Of a stretch of 64,000 nt of DNA, positions 13,123 through 26,654 are shown piece by piece. Origin of the DNA: Phoronis australis (lineage: Eukaryota; Animalia; Phoronida); the NCBI GenBank assembly GCA_002633005.1, contig NMRA01000227.1, forward strand, positions 365,863 to 429,862. The letters run 5' to 3'. The stretch's first letter is position 1. Each line of letters opens with the position of its first letter. The translations under genes and the position numbers were made by a program. The notes beneath the pieces were generated by a model. That model was not told where the DNA came from, did no database searches, and worked only from the letters and a program-made list of their open reading frames with translations.

Positions 13123-13546
13123 GTAAGTGTTCCGCTCTGTTATTTTAAAAAGATTGTTTTATTTGGTGTCATGGGTAAACAAAGCTTCCCATAATTGAAA
13201 AAGATGTCTGACTTCCCACAATCTTTTGTAAACTTTTGTTTCGCTAACTTTCAGGCTCTGCCAAGGCTTGCATAAATCTGAACAGTTTTTACTGAGTGAA
13301 AAATTTACATGAAATTTGAAAGTATACTTGACACATGCCATGGTCAAGTTTTCAGTCAAGTGTCAAGTTTGATAGTCTCGGTTAGTCCTGGTGGCTTAAT
13401 GTATTACGCTGCTATTTTTAGGCATCCTGGTGATCAAATTGTAAACATACACTAAACATTCTTAAAATGAAATTGATTTTAAAATCGCCTTTTCTTGGAA
13501 ATAAGTCATTATAGTTGGTTATTCAATATTTTGTTTTTGTCTGCAG

Positions 13547-13614
13547 GCCAAAGCTGCTGGAAGAATTGTCTTCACAAACATCCAAGCTGCAAGCACACCT
13601 AACTGAAGATGCAG
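13547..13614 (+). CDS. TALDO1: Transaldolase exon 8
   Basis: PKLLEELSSQTSKLQAHLTEDA. Confidence 0.92.
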
Positions 13615-14821
13615 GTCTGTACTGTTGAGTGATTTTCTTGTTGGTTGTAGTACTAATTATTTTAGTTTATAGTAGAACTACTGGTGCTGTACAAATTTAC
13701 AGTAAAATGTCATCACGTTTGGACAAAAATAATTGCTAAAATTGCCTTTTTTCAATTTTCAAAAGCTCTACCATTGTTTTAAATGCCGTCAGTTTCTCAA
13801 AATGTTGTTTGATGGTAGCTACTATATTAGGAAGTCATTGATGGTAGCTGCAGTCCACATCTTAACAACGTTAAAGGACCATGATGGTGCTACTTATGGT
13901 TTATAAAAAATGAGAAAACAAAAACTCACTTGTCTCCGCCATGTTGTGTCCTAAATTGGTGAGATTTTACCGTGCTCACTGTCAACATAATTGGTGAATT
14001 GGTGGTTGAAGAATCAACTTTGAATTCAAAAGCACTCAAGGAACTCTGATTTATGGCGACGCATTGCAAACTTATTAAAGCTTTGGATTCCACTTAATGA
14101 GTGTTTTGTGAATCATAAGGTGCAACACATGTTTACATCATGTACGTGTGTTTCTCACTTCATAGTAGTACATTGCTTTGATGTAACTAAATGGCATCTT
14201 TTTGTGCATTCAAACAGCCATTAAACAGTGTTAAACTTACTACAGACACCGGTATCATCCACCAACCTGAACTAATTGGTCCGTGCTGTTTCCATAACTT
14301 CCCAGTCAAACTGTACTCTAAATACACTCAAACAAGCAAAACTTCAATTTTATATTAAGTCTTCCATGGTGGAAGTAACCAGATGGTGCACGACCTTTTC
14401 ATTAGTTCTTTGGTAAATACGGGAAAAGTACCGTTTCATTCAACAGAAAAATCTTATTCCAAATGCTTGATTTGGATAACCAAAAAGATTTTTTTTGAGT
14501 TATGATAAAGTGGGTTTCATGAAAAGTGGGGCCTGAAGAAAGTAAGTCAACACAATCTGAAGCCTGAAGTACTTTTCCTGCTGCCAGATGTTGATCATGA
14601 CAAATGTAAAAATGTTAAAGTTTGAGTGAAAAATCCATTTTGAAATTGAATTTTTTCTTGAGGTCAAAGATATTTTGAGGTAGTGGCTCACTTTGGACAA
14701 TAGAAGAAAAAGAGTTCCTCAAATAGGGTGCGTGTGGAATAGGAGAATAGAAATGGAAACCTTGATTTTGTAAGGTAGTAAGTTTTTAAAAGCAAGTAAT
14801 TATATTCTTTAATTGTTTTAG

Positions 14822-14985
14822 CCAAGAAAGCAGATGTTGAAAAAATTAGCATGGACGAGAAGACGTTCCGTTGGATGATGAATGAAGACGAAATGGCTAC
14901 TGACAAGCTGTCGGAAGGAATACGCAAGTTTGCTGCCGACTCTGTGAAACTTGAAAAGGTGATTCGTGAAAAGTTATCAAACTAG
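14822..14985 (+). CDS. TALDO1: Transaldolase exon 9 (stop)
   Basis: [53 protein letters not shown] (TAG). Confidence 0.95.
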
Positions 14986-15483
14986 GTGTCAGATGTCACC
15001 AGTTGCCGAGATATACATCAGGGCATTTTGAGCTCAGTGGTCAATGTTATCTCTACAATGCTTGGAGTTTTTATATCGTACTTCCGCACATGTATTTTTA
15101 TGCATTTACTAGTCTATGGTGAAATGTTATTGTGTTATTATTGTGTTACCTAATCAATGTTCATTAGAATTTAAAGGTTCTTTTGAATAACAAATTTTTT
15201 TTTTCATGAGAATTGACGATTTGTTGACATGGATGTGAATTACATTTAATGGCGTTTAAAGTTTTGATGTTCTGAAGCAATAGTTGATAACTAATTTGTC
15301 TAATTGTAATTGTTAGAGCTATTGTATTGTTCTTTAGTTCAGAAATGTAGCACAGATTATGTACATCTGACTTCAGATAATTGAGTATGAAAACCTCCAG
15401 TCCAGTTTATCATTTATCACACGTTCTTGCTGGTATATTGTGCATTAAAAATTATCCCTGTTTACTGAATATTTTTGATTAAA

Positions 15484-15489
15484 AATAAA
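15484..15489 (+). terminator. Candidate TALDO1 polyadenylation signal
   Basis: AATAAA about 500 nt after the stop; a second copy near 15550. Confidence 0.45.
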
Positions 15490-15574
15490 CAATGATTGTA
15501 AATTGCTTTATTTCCATTTTCTCCAATCATCTTTTATAAACGTAATTGAAATAAAATACAACAAAATTGTTTAA

Positions 15575-15902
15575 CAGGGCCCTTGTTCACCTGAGGGTTA
15601 AGTGCCTGTGCCTTCTGATGGGAATTTTTTGGGTATGGGGGAAATTTCACCCTGGTCATTATCAGTAGCACCCCCACGTTGGCCTTCATAGTCTCTGCCT
15701 CAAGTAGCCAAAACTAGCATTTTGTGCTGTTTCAAATCATCGCCTGTGTGAGCTACAAGGGATTTAAACCTTGAGTGGAATTTTTTATCACTTGAGGGGA
15801 ATTTTTGGGCCTCATGGGGAGAATTTCGCGTGATTTTAAAATATTTTGCAGAGGGAAATGGGACTGATATTCGACCCCAAAATCGAGGGATTGAGGGCCC
15901 TG
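15575..15902. mobile_element. Possible hAT-type MITE
   Basis: CAGGGCCCT...AGGGCCCTG ends with internal GGGGAAT(T)T motifs; TSD not clean. Confidence 0.45.
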
Positions 15903-18339
15903 ATTAAGAATACATACTTTGAATAACCACAAAAACAGTAACTTATAGTGAAGTGTCATTAAGTTATATTATAAACTTTAAGAAAATATTTTTTGTACAA
16001 ATTGGCAGTTCTAAATCTCACTCTTCCTGAAGGTGTAACAAAAATGATAACATTGCTTGTCTGGGATCTTTGCAAAAATTATAATTTTTACAAAAGGTAC
16101 ACCAACACATCCTGCCGTGTCGTGTGGTTTGAATACATTCCTAGAAGCACAAAAAGTTGGTGTGAGTGCAATCAAAGGGACATGCTTTAGTTTGCGTCAG
16201 TGGACGAGAGCAGCTTCTTGCTTGCCGAAATATCTGTAATCTTCACTAGGCTACAGGGTAGGTGACCATGATTTTTGTTGTGTTTGGGTGTAGACGACAA
16301 CCTGGAAATGTGTTTTGTGTACTTTTTAAGTTTGCCATATCAATCAAGATAAGTCCCGGCACACAAAGTTCTTGGCCCTGCTTTGCAGTCATAGACCCCC
16401 TCAATAATGTTTTGTTAATGAGAAAACTTGAGAAAATATTTAAGTGTAAACACAGTCCTCTGTGTCTATGTTTAATGGAAACTGACGGTTTTGTTGACTG
16501 AACATGTTATATGGTATTCTGCCATGTAAATGCCATGTGCATTATGTTTCACAATGCTTAAAGTTGGAGATGGGCGTTAAATAGGACAAGGATGCTTTTG
16601 CTTACATATCTAATCAAGCTATTCGCCCACCTGACTATACAAATGCCCACAAGCAAAAAGGGTTGCTTTAATCAGTATTTTGATGTTCAATTGCGACTTA
16701 TCCAAAAACATTGAAACCATTTGACTCGTAAAATTGCAGGGTCTCGTGAATGTTTAACGAAAAGTTTTCAAAAGTCAGAGGTTAGGCGTTAAAACGAGCA
16801 CTCCTGGGTGCTTAACGAACTTCACTAAAAACTTGGACGTAAAGGTAAAAATGAGCAATGGGCATTTACATGGCAGAATACGGAACGTTCCAGAGGAAAA
16901 TTCTGTGCATATAAAACAATATGTGTACTGATTGTTTTTCTGTGATGCATTAAACTGGTTCTGCCACCCACCAAAAGCTACAGCCACCAAATTAGGCTTA
17001 TTCTTAAGGACCCCTGGCTGAAGATTAATCAATGAACAAACAAATACTTTAGTAGAACGACCAGACAATTTTTTCCTTATTTCAAATATTCAGACATAGG
17101 CCCCAAGTATAGTTACTAACAAAATAACACTACAGAGGCACATTTACAAACATTTCTTTATACATAGATGGTCTCTTGCAAATTAATGGAATTGAAGAGA
17201 TAAATAACCTGAACACCTACCTCTGAGATTTCCTTACAACTATTCACTATGGCTCCACCTAATGCCACTTATTAGATGTTATAAAGTACTTTGGAAACCA
17301 CTTAAATAATTCACTAAATAATAAATTGAAAGTCGGATAACATTAGATGCAACAGAATATAACAAACTTCTACAGATCTGCTTTCTAATTTCCAACTGGA
17401 ATATCACCACAATAAATGATCCTTTACATTTTAATTATTTACATATTAATTAAAATGAATATTCAGACGAAACTAATTTCCTTGTTCTTCCTGAAAAACA
17501 CCCCACATCTCCAAATCTTGCACTGTGTTAGACATGGCTGACCAACATTCCCGAGCACTTCACAAAAAACACAACATTTTTACGTAATACGTTATTCTAA
17601 ACCTCAAGAACACAAAAGAAACTATGTGACTGTACATTTAAAACGGTTTTACAGAGTAACTCAAGAACAAGTTTAGATGAAACCAAGGCAAACGGCGGAA
17701 AGTCAATACACTTCTAAACGTTTTCTAAAGAAAATTTTTTTGACTCCCAAGATCATATACGACAAGATGATGACATCATTCAATGTGAATTACAATGCAA
17801 AAAATTGCAGTGAAATCCAGTTTTGAGGTTTTCTTTTTGCATCTAATGCACAACAAGCCTAATTTGGTACTGTAAAATATATATATTTCTGAATGAAGTA
17901 ATTGAAACAATTACAAGACTTTGGTAACCAACATTCAGTTGACAACCAAACACACAAGCAAATAACAACAACATGGAAAAACATTGCACCAGAAATGTAT
18001 GCTTAAAGTGTCTATAAACCTGCCTTTCATCACACAAAAAAATTTTAATTTAGTCTACTTGCTGTTACGAAATTGGTTTCAAGTTGTTCCTTAGCGACAG
18101 TTTGTTATTTCTCGAGAACAGCCTCCACAAGTTGGCTTGTCATGATGGTGTGTCATGTGATTTGCCATGCATGGTCTCAAAGGAATAGCTAACTTATTTT
18201 TTGCCAAAAAATTCCTTTTACTAAAGTAAGGAACATGTTGCGACCAATCCTGTAGTGGTAAGTTTCTTTGACGCGGGTTTAATGCCAGCTTAAACAGAAC
18301 ACACCATGTCCTTCATCAAGATGTCGATGGTTAAGTCCA

Positions 18340-18354
18340 TTATCCCACTTGCCA
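18340..18354 (-). CDS. SVIP: SVIP exon 3 coding part
   Basis: ttccttctctttttAG|TGG CAA GTG GGA TAA = WQVG*. Confidence 0.85.
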   Translation of the reverse strand, partial: WQVG

Positions 18355-18356
18355 CT

Positions 18357-19247
18357 AAAAAGAGAAGGAATACAATCAAGCATACAAGCAACAGATACAA
18401 AAAGAGAAGGAATACAATCAAACATACAAGCAACAGACATAAAAAGAGAAGGAATACAATCAAACATACAAGCAACAGACATAAAAAGAGAAGGAATACA
18501 ATCAAACATACAAGCAACAGACATAAAAAGAGAAGGAATACAATCAAACATACAAGCAACAGACACAAAAAGAGAAGGAATACAATCAAACATACAAGCA
18601 ACAGACATAAAAAGAGAAGGAATACAATCAAACATACAACAGGGCTTGGAATGACCAAGGACAAAAAACGCGGAAACTTTGAAACTTTTACGGCCCAAAT
18701 CATGCGCGCTACCCAGCCTTGAAGTTGAAATGGTCGATGTGAACCTTTCCCCGACAAAAATCGGGAGGGCTAAAAAAAAAATAAAAATAAACGTTACCAC
18801 CATCAGTAGCATGCGTCTGCGTCCTTTAAGCTCGTCTGTCCACTCCCAACCCACACACTTTTGGCTGCAGAGCCGTAGTGTTTGTCACTGTGGTTTACAA
18901 GAACACGAGACGCCATTGAAAATCCCACCACGCTATCCCAGATGTCCCGGCAATGTTGACAATTTACGTTCCTCCGAAACATAAAGAGCAACTTCCGCTT
19001 TTCGAGGTGAACGTCGTCTGCAACGCCGCGGAAATTTTATATCAAATCCGATTTTTTTTACGCGGAAATATTATAAAATATGCGGACAGAACATTTGAAA
19101 AAAGCGGAAATCCGCGTTTCCGCGGAAAATTCCAAGCCCTGATACAAGCAACAGACACAAAAAGAGAAGGAATACAATCAAACATACAAGCAACAGACAC
19201 AAAAAGAGAAGGAATACAATCAAACATACAAGCAACAGACACAAAAA
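18357..19247. repeat. 42-bp minisatellite in SVIP intron 2 (18357-18639, 19142-19247), split by a MITE
   Basis: AAAAAGAGAAGGAATACAATCAAACATACAAGCAACAGACAY, about 9 copies. Confidence 0.92.
18640..19141. mobile_element. 502-bp MITE with CAGGG ends and a 6-bp TSD (hAT-like)
   Basis: ATACAA|CAGGGCTTGGAAT ... ATTCCAAGCCCTG|ATACAA; subterminal (C)GCGGAAA repeats. Confidence 0.85.
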
Positions 19248-19483
19248 GGTGTACCTTTTCAATTTTACTTTCATCAACAGGACTTTATCAATGCACAGGA
19301 TAAAACTTAAGCTACACAAAGTATGCTTTTTGAACAGCACTCAAAACCCTTACTAAGTCTAAGAGGACTATAACACTTCATCCCTGACATCACTCAACTT
19401 CCCACTAAGTCTAAAAGCATTCACACTAAACTCTTCACATGCTGACAGTGCTTAACACTTCCATTAAGTCCAAACCAACTCAC

Positions 19484-19648
19484 CCTCAACCCTTCACCCC
19501 CTTGATTTGGTTGTTGCTCAGCTCTTCTTTCTAACTCTTCCATGCGTTGTTGTTTCAGCTTCACCCCCACCGGGTCTTTAAGTCCTCTAGCCTCATCTTC
19601 ATGCTGTCGTTTGAGGGCAGCTTCTGCCTGTTGTTTCCTTCTAGTTTC
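19484..19648 (-). CDS. SVIP: SVIP exon 2 (VCP-interacting motif)
   Basis: acAG|ETRRKQQAEAALKR...GGEGLR|GTGAGT, 165 nt. Confidence 0.93.
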
Positions 19649-21868
19649 CTGTTATAACAAATCACGACAACACTTCATTTATCATGCCTTTAAAGAACAC
19701 GCTTAAAATCCCCAATTTCATATCAAAAACACAAAAACAACTGCACCAGTAAATCAGCTGTCAAATGAAAACACCCACCAACACTATCTGAAGATATATT
19801 AATTAGGTGATCTCGAGTTACGAGCACTTATTGGTCGATATATACTACAGAGAATTGGCCCAAACAATCCCAACATATAGTCATCCTCCACTGTATTCAG
19901 GGTGAAATGTCATCAGATATTGCAGCAACCTTTTCTGTGATTTATAGTATAATAAATAATGGCGAGGTGAAGTGTTTGTGGTGGTTGTGATTAGTTAGTA
20001 TTTGATCACGCTGTGTCTCTCTTCACTTTGCCGTGGGACATCATAAAGGAGTGCATATAGCACATGTTTGTTGCCTATTGGTGGACATGACTGACAGGCA
20101 CCGAGTATGTTCATACGTCACAATCATGTGCGTGGAGCTAAAAAACTTTTGTTTTTCTTTTCGTTTCTCGTTTTTTGGGATATTGAATTCGCGGTTGTGA
20201 TATTCAGTGCCATAGGGGAAAGTTTAACAACGGTGACAATTGTAGTCACTTCCCAGTTGTTAAAGCAAGACACATACACGGTGATTGCACTTACAAACCC
20301 ACATTTCATCACAAAAACTTTAGATTTTGACCACTTACCACCACAAAATGTGTCTCAAATTGCTCCCAGCTCAAAATAAATGTGATTTCTGGACTTGGGA
20401 AGCACTCTCAGTATATAGCTTGAGAACAGTGTCTGAAAGTTGACTTATCATGATGACACGTCATTTTATTCGCTGAGTGTGGTCTCGAGCAATAAAGAAC
20501 TTTTTAAAGTTCTTTGCAATACAAACTACTTATCATCTGAATAAGAAACAAGCTAAGACCAAATTGATACCAGTTGTCATCTAAATTGAAATTTATTTTT
20601 TCGAAGAACAGTGGGTTATACCCATTTGAATGATCACATCTAGGCTTTCACTATTCCAAGTCTCAGTGGACTTCAGACCGGTCCCTCATCTGTACTGCGT
20701 CTTAGTGTGGCTGGCTAATGGGTGATCTCCCTACAACCCTCTGTACGGTTCCATTTGTCCTTGAGCACACTGGCTGTAATTGCATTCACTCTTCAATTTC
20801 ATTGACTGAATGAAAAATGTTGACTGACGCCAGCAGTGTAAAAATGGTCATGTTGTCGATTTGGGCAACTGAACGAAGGACTGCTTGCAAAAACGTTTGG
20901 CTACAAGACTATTTGTTCGGATTGGGAGGAAATAAAGACATTGACGACCTTAGTCCTAAGGTGTACCTCTATGCACAAAAGGTACTTAAAATAATGTGAC
21001 TTTGATGGTTTAATCAGTGTGAGGCATAATTCGACGAAAAACTTCTGCCATATGAAGGCCCTAATGAAGCACCACCGTCTAAAACGTACTGTCTATACTG
21101 TGTCAAATGAGTAACAAAAACCCTTAACTGTATGACAAAACAAGAGCAACGCGGAGCGTTGAAATGCGCCCACGAATGCATTGCAAATGGTGTGCTTTTA
21201 GGATTATTTATTTGTATCACAAAAATGGCCACTAGATGGCGGAAAAACATACAATCTATCCAAAAACACGAATATGCCATATTTCAAAAAAATCTGTCAA
21301 CAAACTTCAGAGAAACAAAGGAAAACAGAATAAAATGAAATTGCCACTAGTGGGCACAGTGTCCGTTGGATCCGCCTAAAAGTCGTCGTCATCTGTTGTT
21401 ATCTTCATATAAAAACACTGTCTTACTAAATTTAGTAAAGATCCTGCAGTGGGTTTAGGCGATACAACTATGGGCGCAAAACAAAACTACCACTAGGAGG
21501 CGCCACAGTAGTCAGTCACCATCATCAAAGGTCATCTTCACACTGAGAACATATATGCCAATTGTCAAATGATTTGGTTGATAAAGGGGTGGACACCAAA
21601 AACAAGATTTGAAAACAGCAAAAATGGCAACTAGGTGGTGCAAAATACCTTGGTTCCACCCAAAAACAGGAAGATAGCGTCATCACACCAATAGATGTCT
21701 ATATTTAAAATTTTATGAAAATCTGTTGAGGACCTTTGAAGATACTGTGTCAAACATAAAAAAATTAAATTACAACTAGGGGGCACAGCAGTGGTCAGAT
21801 CTGTGTGAAAGTCGTCGTCATCCGTAGTCAACATCATATAAATACACTTGCTAAATTAAGTAAAGATC

Positions 21869-24565
21869 GGTTTGTCTTGGAATGAATGTGACCAAAACCG
21901 GCGATAAGTTATGCGAGACCTGCCAACGCTACAAAATAACTAAACAGCCGAAGAACAAAGACGTCCTCGCTTCGCTTGCGACACGCCCACTCGAACGAGT
22001 CCACACAGATGTCTGCGGGCCAGTGACCCCTACATCAAGAGAAGGTTACAAGTACATCGTTAATTTTGTAGATGAGTACTCCAGTATGCTGTTTGTTTAC
22101 TTCATGCGATCCAAAGACGAAACACATGTCGCACTCAAAAGCTTCATCGCTGACGTCGCACCAATGGGACGAATATCTGAGATACACAGCGACAATGGTG
22201 GCGAATAGGTCGGAGCCAATTTCCGTAAAGTGCTCATCGATAACGGCATAAAACAAACCACTACAGCGCCCCACACGCCATTGCAGAATGGTAAATCTGA
22301 ACGCTCTTGGCGCAGTCTGATGGATATGGCTCGTTGTTTGCGCGAAGACGGATCAATTCCGAAAAACCTCTGGTCATACGCTGTGAAAAACGCGCAGTAC
22401 CTGCGAAACAGAAGTTTTCAACAGAGAACAAAAACAACAGCTTACGAACTGTTCTGTGATCAAAAACCCGACATGCGACTCATACATGCATTTGGAACAT
22501 AGTGCACTGCATACATCGAGCGTCACAAGCAGAAATTCGACAACCCAATTAATAAAGGCTACTTCGTTCTGTGCAGGAATGGAAGGGTAATGACCTCGCG
22601 AAATGTCTTGTTTGGCAAACAAACGACACGTGACGCCAAACCAGACGGAGATGACACGCCCATCAAGCTGATAAAACCCGGTACATCAGAACCGACTGGC
22701 AGCCGGCACGACGAGACACAAACTCAGACACCAGATGTCAAGGAGGAGGAGCCAACTGCCCATGAGCGACCACGCCGAGAAACCAGACCGCCCAAATATT
22801 TAGACGATTATCATGTGTATATGTCTGCAACTGTGGACTATGCGCACAGGGCGATACATATGATACCGGAGACATATGCAGAAGCTATTAACTCACATGA
22901 TAGCGATAAATGGAAAACGGCTATGGACATTGAAATTGAAACTTTACAAGAAAACAACACATATGACCTTGTTGACCTGCCGGAAGGTAGAGCTGAAACA
23001 AAAGGTAGATGGGTTTACACCCTAAAACAGGGACGGACCCCAAATGACGTGCAATACAAAGCGCGTTACGTCGCGAAGGGATACTCACAAATCCCTGGGG
23101 TTGACTTCGACGAGACGTTCTCACCCACGACACGTCTCACATCAATCCGCATGCTACTGCAAAAAGCCGCCAATGAACAGTTGGAGCTACACCAGATGGA
23201 TGTCAAGGGCGCGTATCTAAATGCACCCATTGATAAAGACATCTACGTTGAACAGCCGCCCGGATACGAACAATCTGGCACGAACGGCAAACTCACATGT
23301 CACTTGAAGAAATCACTCTACGGATTACGTCAGAGCGGACGCAACTGGCATACGACCCTCACTGATTTCCTCAAGCACGCGGGATTTCGTGTGAGCGATA
23401 ACGACCCGTGCGTCTACGTTAACGACGACACAAACATGTATGTTTTGTTTTGGGTCGATGACATAATTTTGGCATGTGACAACACTGCATGCATTAAGCA
23501 TATGAAGGAACAACTAAGCGAACGCTTCCGAATGGACGACCGTGGACCCCTACACTGGTTCTTGGGAATAGATTTCTATCGTTTACCCGACGGCTCATAC
23601 ATGATGAGTCAAGAACGTTGTGTTGAGACGATACTCAAACGTTTTGACATGTACGAGTGCAAGCCTGCACTGACACCTGTAGACACTGGTGAGATACTTG
23701 CCAAATCATCAGACGAGGAACACGCTCAGTTTCTCAAACTAGGATTTCCCTACCGTCAAGCCGTGGGAAGTCTAGTTTATCTCGCGAATGCCACACGCCC
23801 GGACATCTCTTGGACATTGTCAAAATTGTCACAGTTCCTCGACAAAACTGGACCGGCACAGGTGACCGCTATAAAGCGCGTATTGCGATACCTGAAAGGG
23901 ACCAAAACGTTCACGCTTACTTTCAGAACAACGGATAGTCTGTTAACAGGATACTCCGACTCGGACTAGGCAGGAGACGTCGACGATCGTCGACCTACTT
24001 CCGGTTTTATCTTCACGCTCAGAAGTGCACCAATCTCTTGGAAAACTCGGAAACAGCCGACAGTCGCGTTGTCATCGTGCGAAGCCGAGTACATGGCACT
24101 CACTGAAGCCACTAAGGAACTGATGTATTTACGATGTTTGTGTTCAGCTTTCGGAATCCCTCAACCGGACACTACGGTTATTCACTGTGATAATGAAGGG
24201 ACTATCGCCCTCAGCAAGGAGTCACCGAAACAACATCAACGCACAAAACACATTGACGTGCGCTACCATTACATACGGAACAACGATTGTGTGAAGTTTC
24301 AGTATGTGAACACCAAAGACAATTTGGCTGATATTTTTACGAAACCGCTCTCGAAAGATGGACATTTGAGAGCCGTAATCGCGATCCAAGGGGCATGTTG
24401 ATTAGAATCGCTCCCATGACCAGACACTATTTATCATTACAGACTCATACATCACTGCTTAGCATGCGCAGTGTCTTTTCTCTGCCCTCCACGTTTCATA
24501 GTGTGTAGTTTGTAGACGTGTATTTTATAGCTCTCAATAAATCAGTTATGGATCGCAAATCAACA
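21869..24565 (+). mobile_element. Ty1/Copia LTR retrotransposon, 5'-truncated (INT-RT-RNase H plus 3' LTR), with premature stops
   Basis: INT: HTDVCGP, FVDEYS, SDNGGE, PLQNGKSER. RT: KARYVAKGYSQ, QMDVKGAYLN, KSLYGLRQSGRNW, FWVDD. RNase H: YSDSD, SSCEAEY, KHIDVRYH, ADIFTK. INT precedes RT (Copia order). In-frame TAG at 22206, 22500 and 23967. Confidence 0.96.
24396..24565 (+). repeat. Copia 3' LTR (170 bp)
   Basis: Purine tract AAGGGGCA, then TGTTGATT...AATCAACA (8-bp inverted ends); internal AATAAA; the host repeat resumes immediately after. Confidence 0.85.
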
Positions 24566-26654
24566 GCGAACGGTTTAGGAGATACAGTCATAGGTGCAAC
24601 AAAAACAAAACTGCCACTAGGAGGTGCCACAGTAGTCAAAATCGTCGGAAAATCATCGTCAACCGTTTTCTTCATAGTAAGCACATACACGCCAATTTTC
24701 ACAATCATCCTTTGAGCGGTTTGGTTGAAAGAGGGGTGGATGCAAAAAAACTCAAAAACAGTAAAAATGGCCACTAGGTGGCACAAACTACGTTGAATCC
24801 ATCTGAAAACGGGAGGATAGCGTCACCTCACTAATAGGTGCCTACATATTGAATTTCATGAAAATCCGTTAAGGACTTTTGAAGATACAAAGGTAAACGT
24901 AAAACAAATTGCCACTATGGGGCACACCGGTAGTCGAATCTGTTCAAAAGTCGTAGTCGTCCGTTGTTAACATCATATAAATACACTAACTAAATTTTGT
25001 AAAGATCCTGCAAACGGTTTAGGAGATAGAGCCATAAGCGCAAAAAAACCAAAACTGCCACTTGGAGGCGCCACAGTAGTCGAAATCGTCGGAAAATCAT
25101 CGTCAACCGTCCTCTTCATAGTAAGCACATACATGCCAATATTCACAATCATCCTTTCAGCGGTTTGGTTGATAAAGGGGTGGATGCAAAAGAACAGACT
25201 TGAAAACAGTAAAAATAGCCACTAGGTGGCGCACACTGCGTCGAATCCATCCGAAAACAAGAGGATAGCGTCATCTCACTAATGGGTGCCTACATACCAA
25301 ATTTCATGAAAATCCGTTCAGGACTTTTGAAGATACAAAGGTAAGCGTAAAAAACTAAAATTGCCACTAGGGGGCACACCGGTAGTCGGATCCGTCTGAA
25401 CGTTCGCTCATGGCGTTCCATTCATAAATGGAACATATAAGCCAAATTTCATGAACATACGTCAAAGGGTTTTGGATTTGGAGATAGAGCAGCGGACGGA
25501 CGCCGCTCAGACGGACGGATGGAGATGACAGCATAATGCGTCCACATAAGTAAATATGTGGGGGCATAAAAATGCTAGATGTTTTTGCTTGTGTTTTACA
25601 AGTGGGGTTAATTTAAAAGATTTATATTTGGTTGATGCTCATGGCCAAGGAAGTGATTAATTTTTAAATTTGGATTCAAGCAATATCAGCATATATGCGC
25701 TTTTCTCTTTTGGAGTTACTCTTGGAGTTAAAATTTTCACTTTAGCTAAGAATGGTTGCCCGCTCGAGGATCCTCAACTTTTCAGTCGTGCGATTCTCAA
25801 CTAAGTAATGGAGCACAAAGAAATTCACTCTTGTTTTATAGAAAATATTGGGCTGGGTCAGTATCAGGGCGGGGGAAATTAGGGCCGGGGAACATTGGGA
25901 TGGGGAACTTACATAACATTAAATCGTCGTGAGAGACCGTCCGAAGTTGGTATATAGTGCAACTCCGGACGGTCTGGGATGAACAGAAAACCACAGTTCT
26001 ACTGTGAGTCTACACCAATGTGATCCCTGTAAAGTCCTGCACGATCTACGTTATGTAGGTTTGGTAAACATCGCCGACGTGGGACATAGGGTTACTAGTA
26101 GTGGAACATAGAAATGGGCAAATATAAAAGTTAATGAAACAGTGAACTCAGTGGTGAGTGAATTTTTCAGTCAGTAACTGTATGATTGACTCTGGTCGTG
26201 GCAATTGCCGAGATCACCCAACCTGGGAATCGCGCCAGTTACACCCGATAAAACGAGTAAGCTTAATTGCTAACCATCTGGCTACGGTAGAGGCTCATAT
26301 GCATTCACCGGAAGCACGTCTAGCACACAGTGTCATAGACGCGTAACCGGCCCACATTTCGCCAAATTTCTTTGAGCGGCCGATTGCAAAAACGTCAAGC
26401 AAAGCCTAAACTTTTGATTGCAGTGTGGCGTGTAACTGAGTCAGAAAAGACAACTGATGTTCTTTACTCATGGGCGGTGCACCATAAGGGGCTGAGGAGG
26501 CTATAGCCTCCTCCCCCACTTTTTTCAGTGCCACGCCGCACATGATGGTCTATAGCCATAGGCGTTGCACCACAGCCACTGACGGCTGAGGCAGTGAGGG
26601 GCTTTAGTTTAGCCCCCCACTATTTTTCAGTGCTTCGCAGCACATGTTACTTAC

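Larger units (their letters stand above)
804..14985 (+). other. TALDO1: Transaldolase gene model, 9 coding exons, 999 nt CDS, 332 aa
   Basis: join(804-900,5993-6116,6815-6922,7122-7253,8660-8720,9772-9886,12993-13122,13547-13614,14822-14985). All introns are GT-AG and phases are consistent. Motifs: [36 protein letters not shown] (Schiff-base Lys), [14 protein letters not shown]. Confidence 0.97.
21137..25572 (-). mobile_element. Helentron/DINE-1-like non-autonomous element (HINE) with an internal ~451-bp tandem array, interrupted by Copia
   Basis: On the minus strand: TTTTTATGCCCCCAC..GTGGACGCAT 5' hairpin/subTIR, (TCCG)n microsatellite, tandem units, and 3' GTGGGCGCAT subTIR + CAACGCTCCGCGTTG stem-loop + T run; no TSD. 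Confidence 0.8.

Noticed and set aside
22590-23969. Functional or domesticated reverse transcriptase gene
   Set aside because: Flanked by in-frame stops within pol, no gag, and the ATG is internal; a decaying Copia.
26470-26635. Two similar ~100-bp GC-rich blocks (GGCGKTGCACC..GGCTGAGG..AGCCYCC..CACT) as SVIP regulatory elements
   Set aside because: They look like tandem MITE-end remnants; no matching opposite end or TSD was found, so no call is made.
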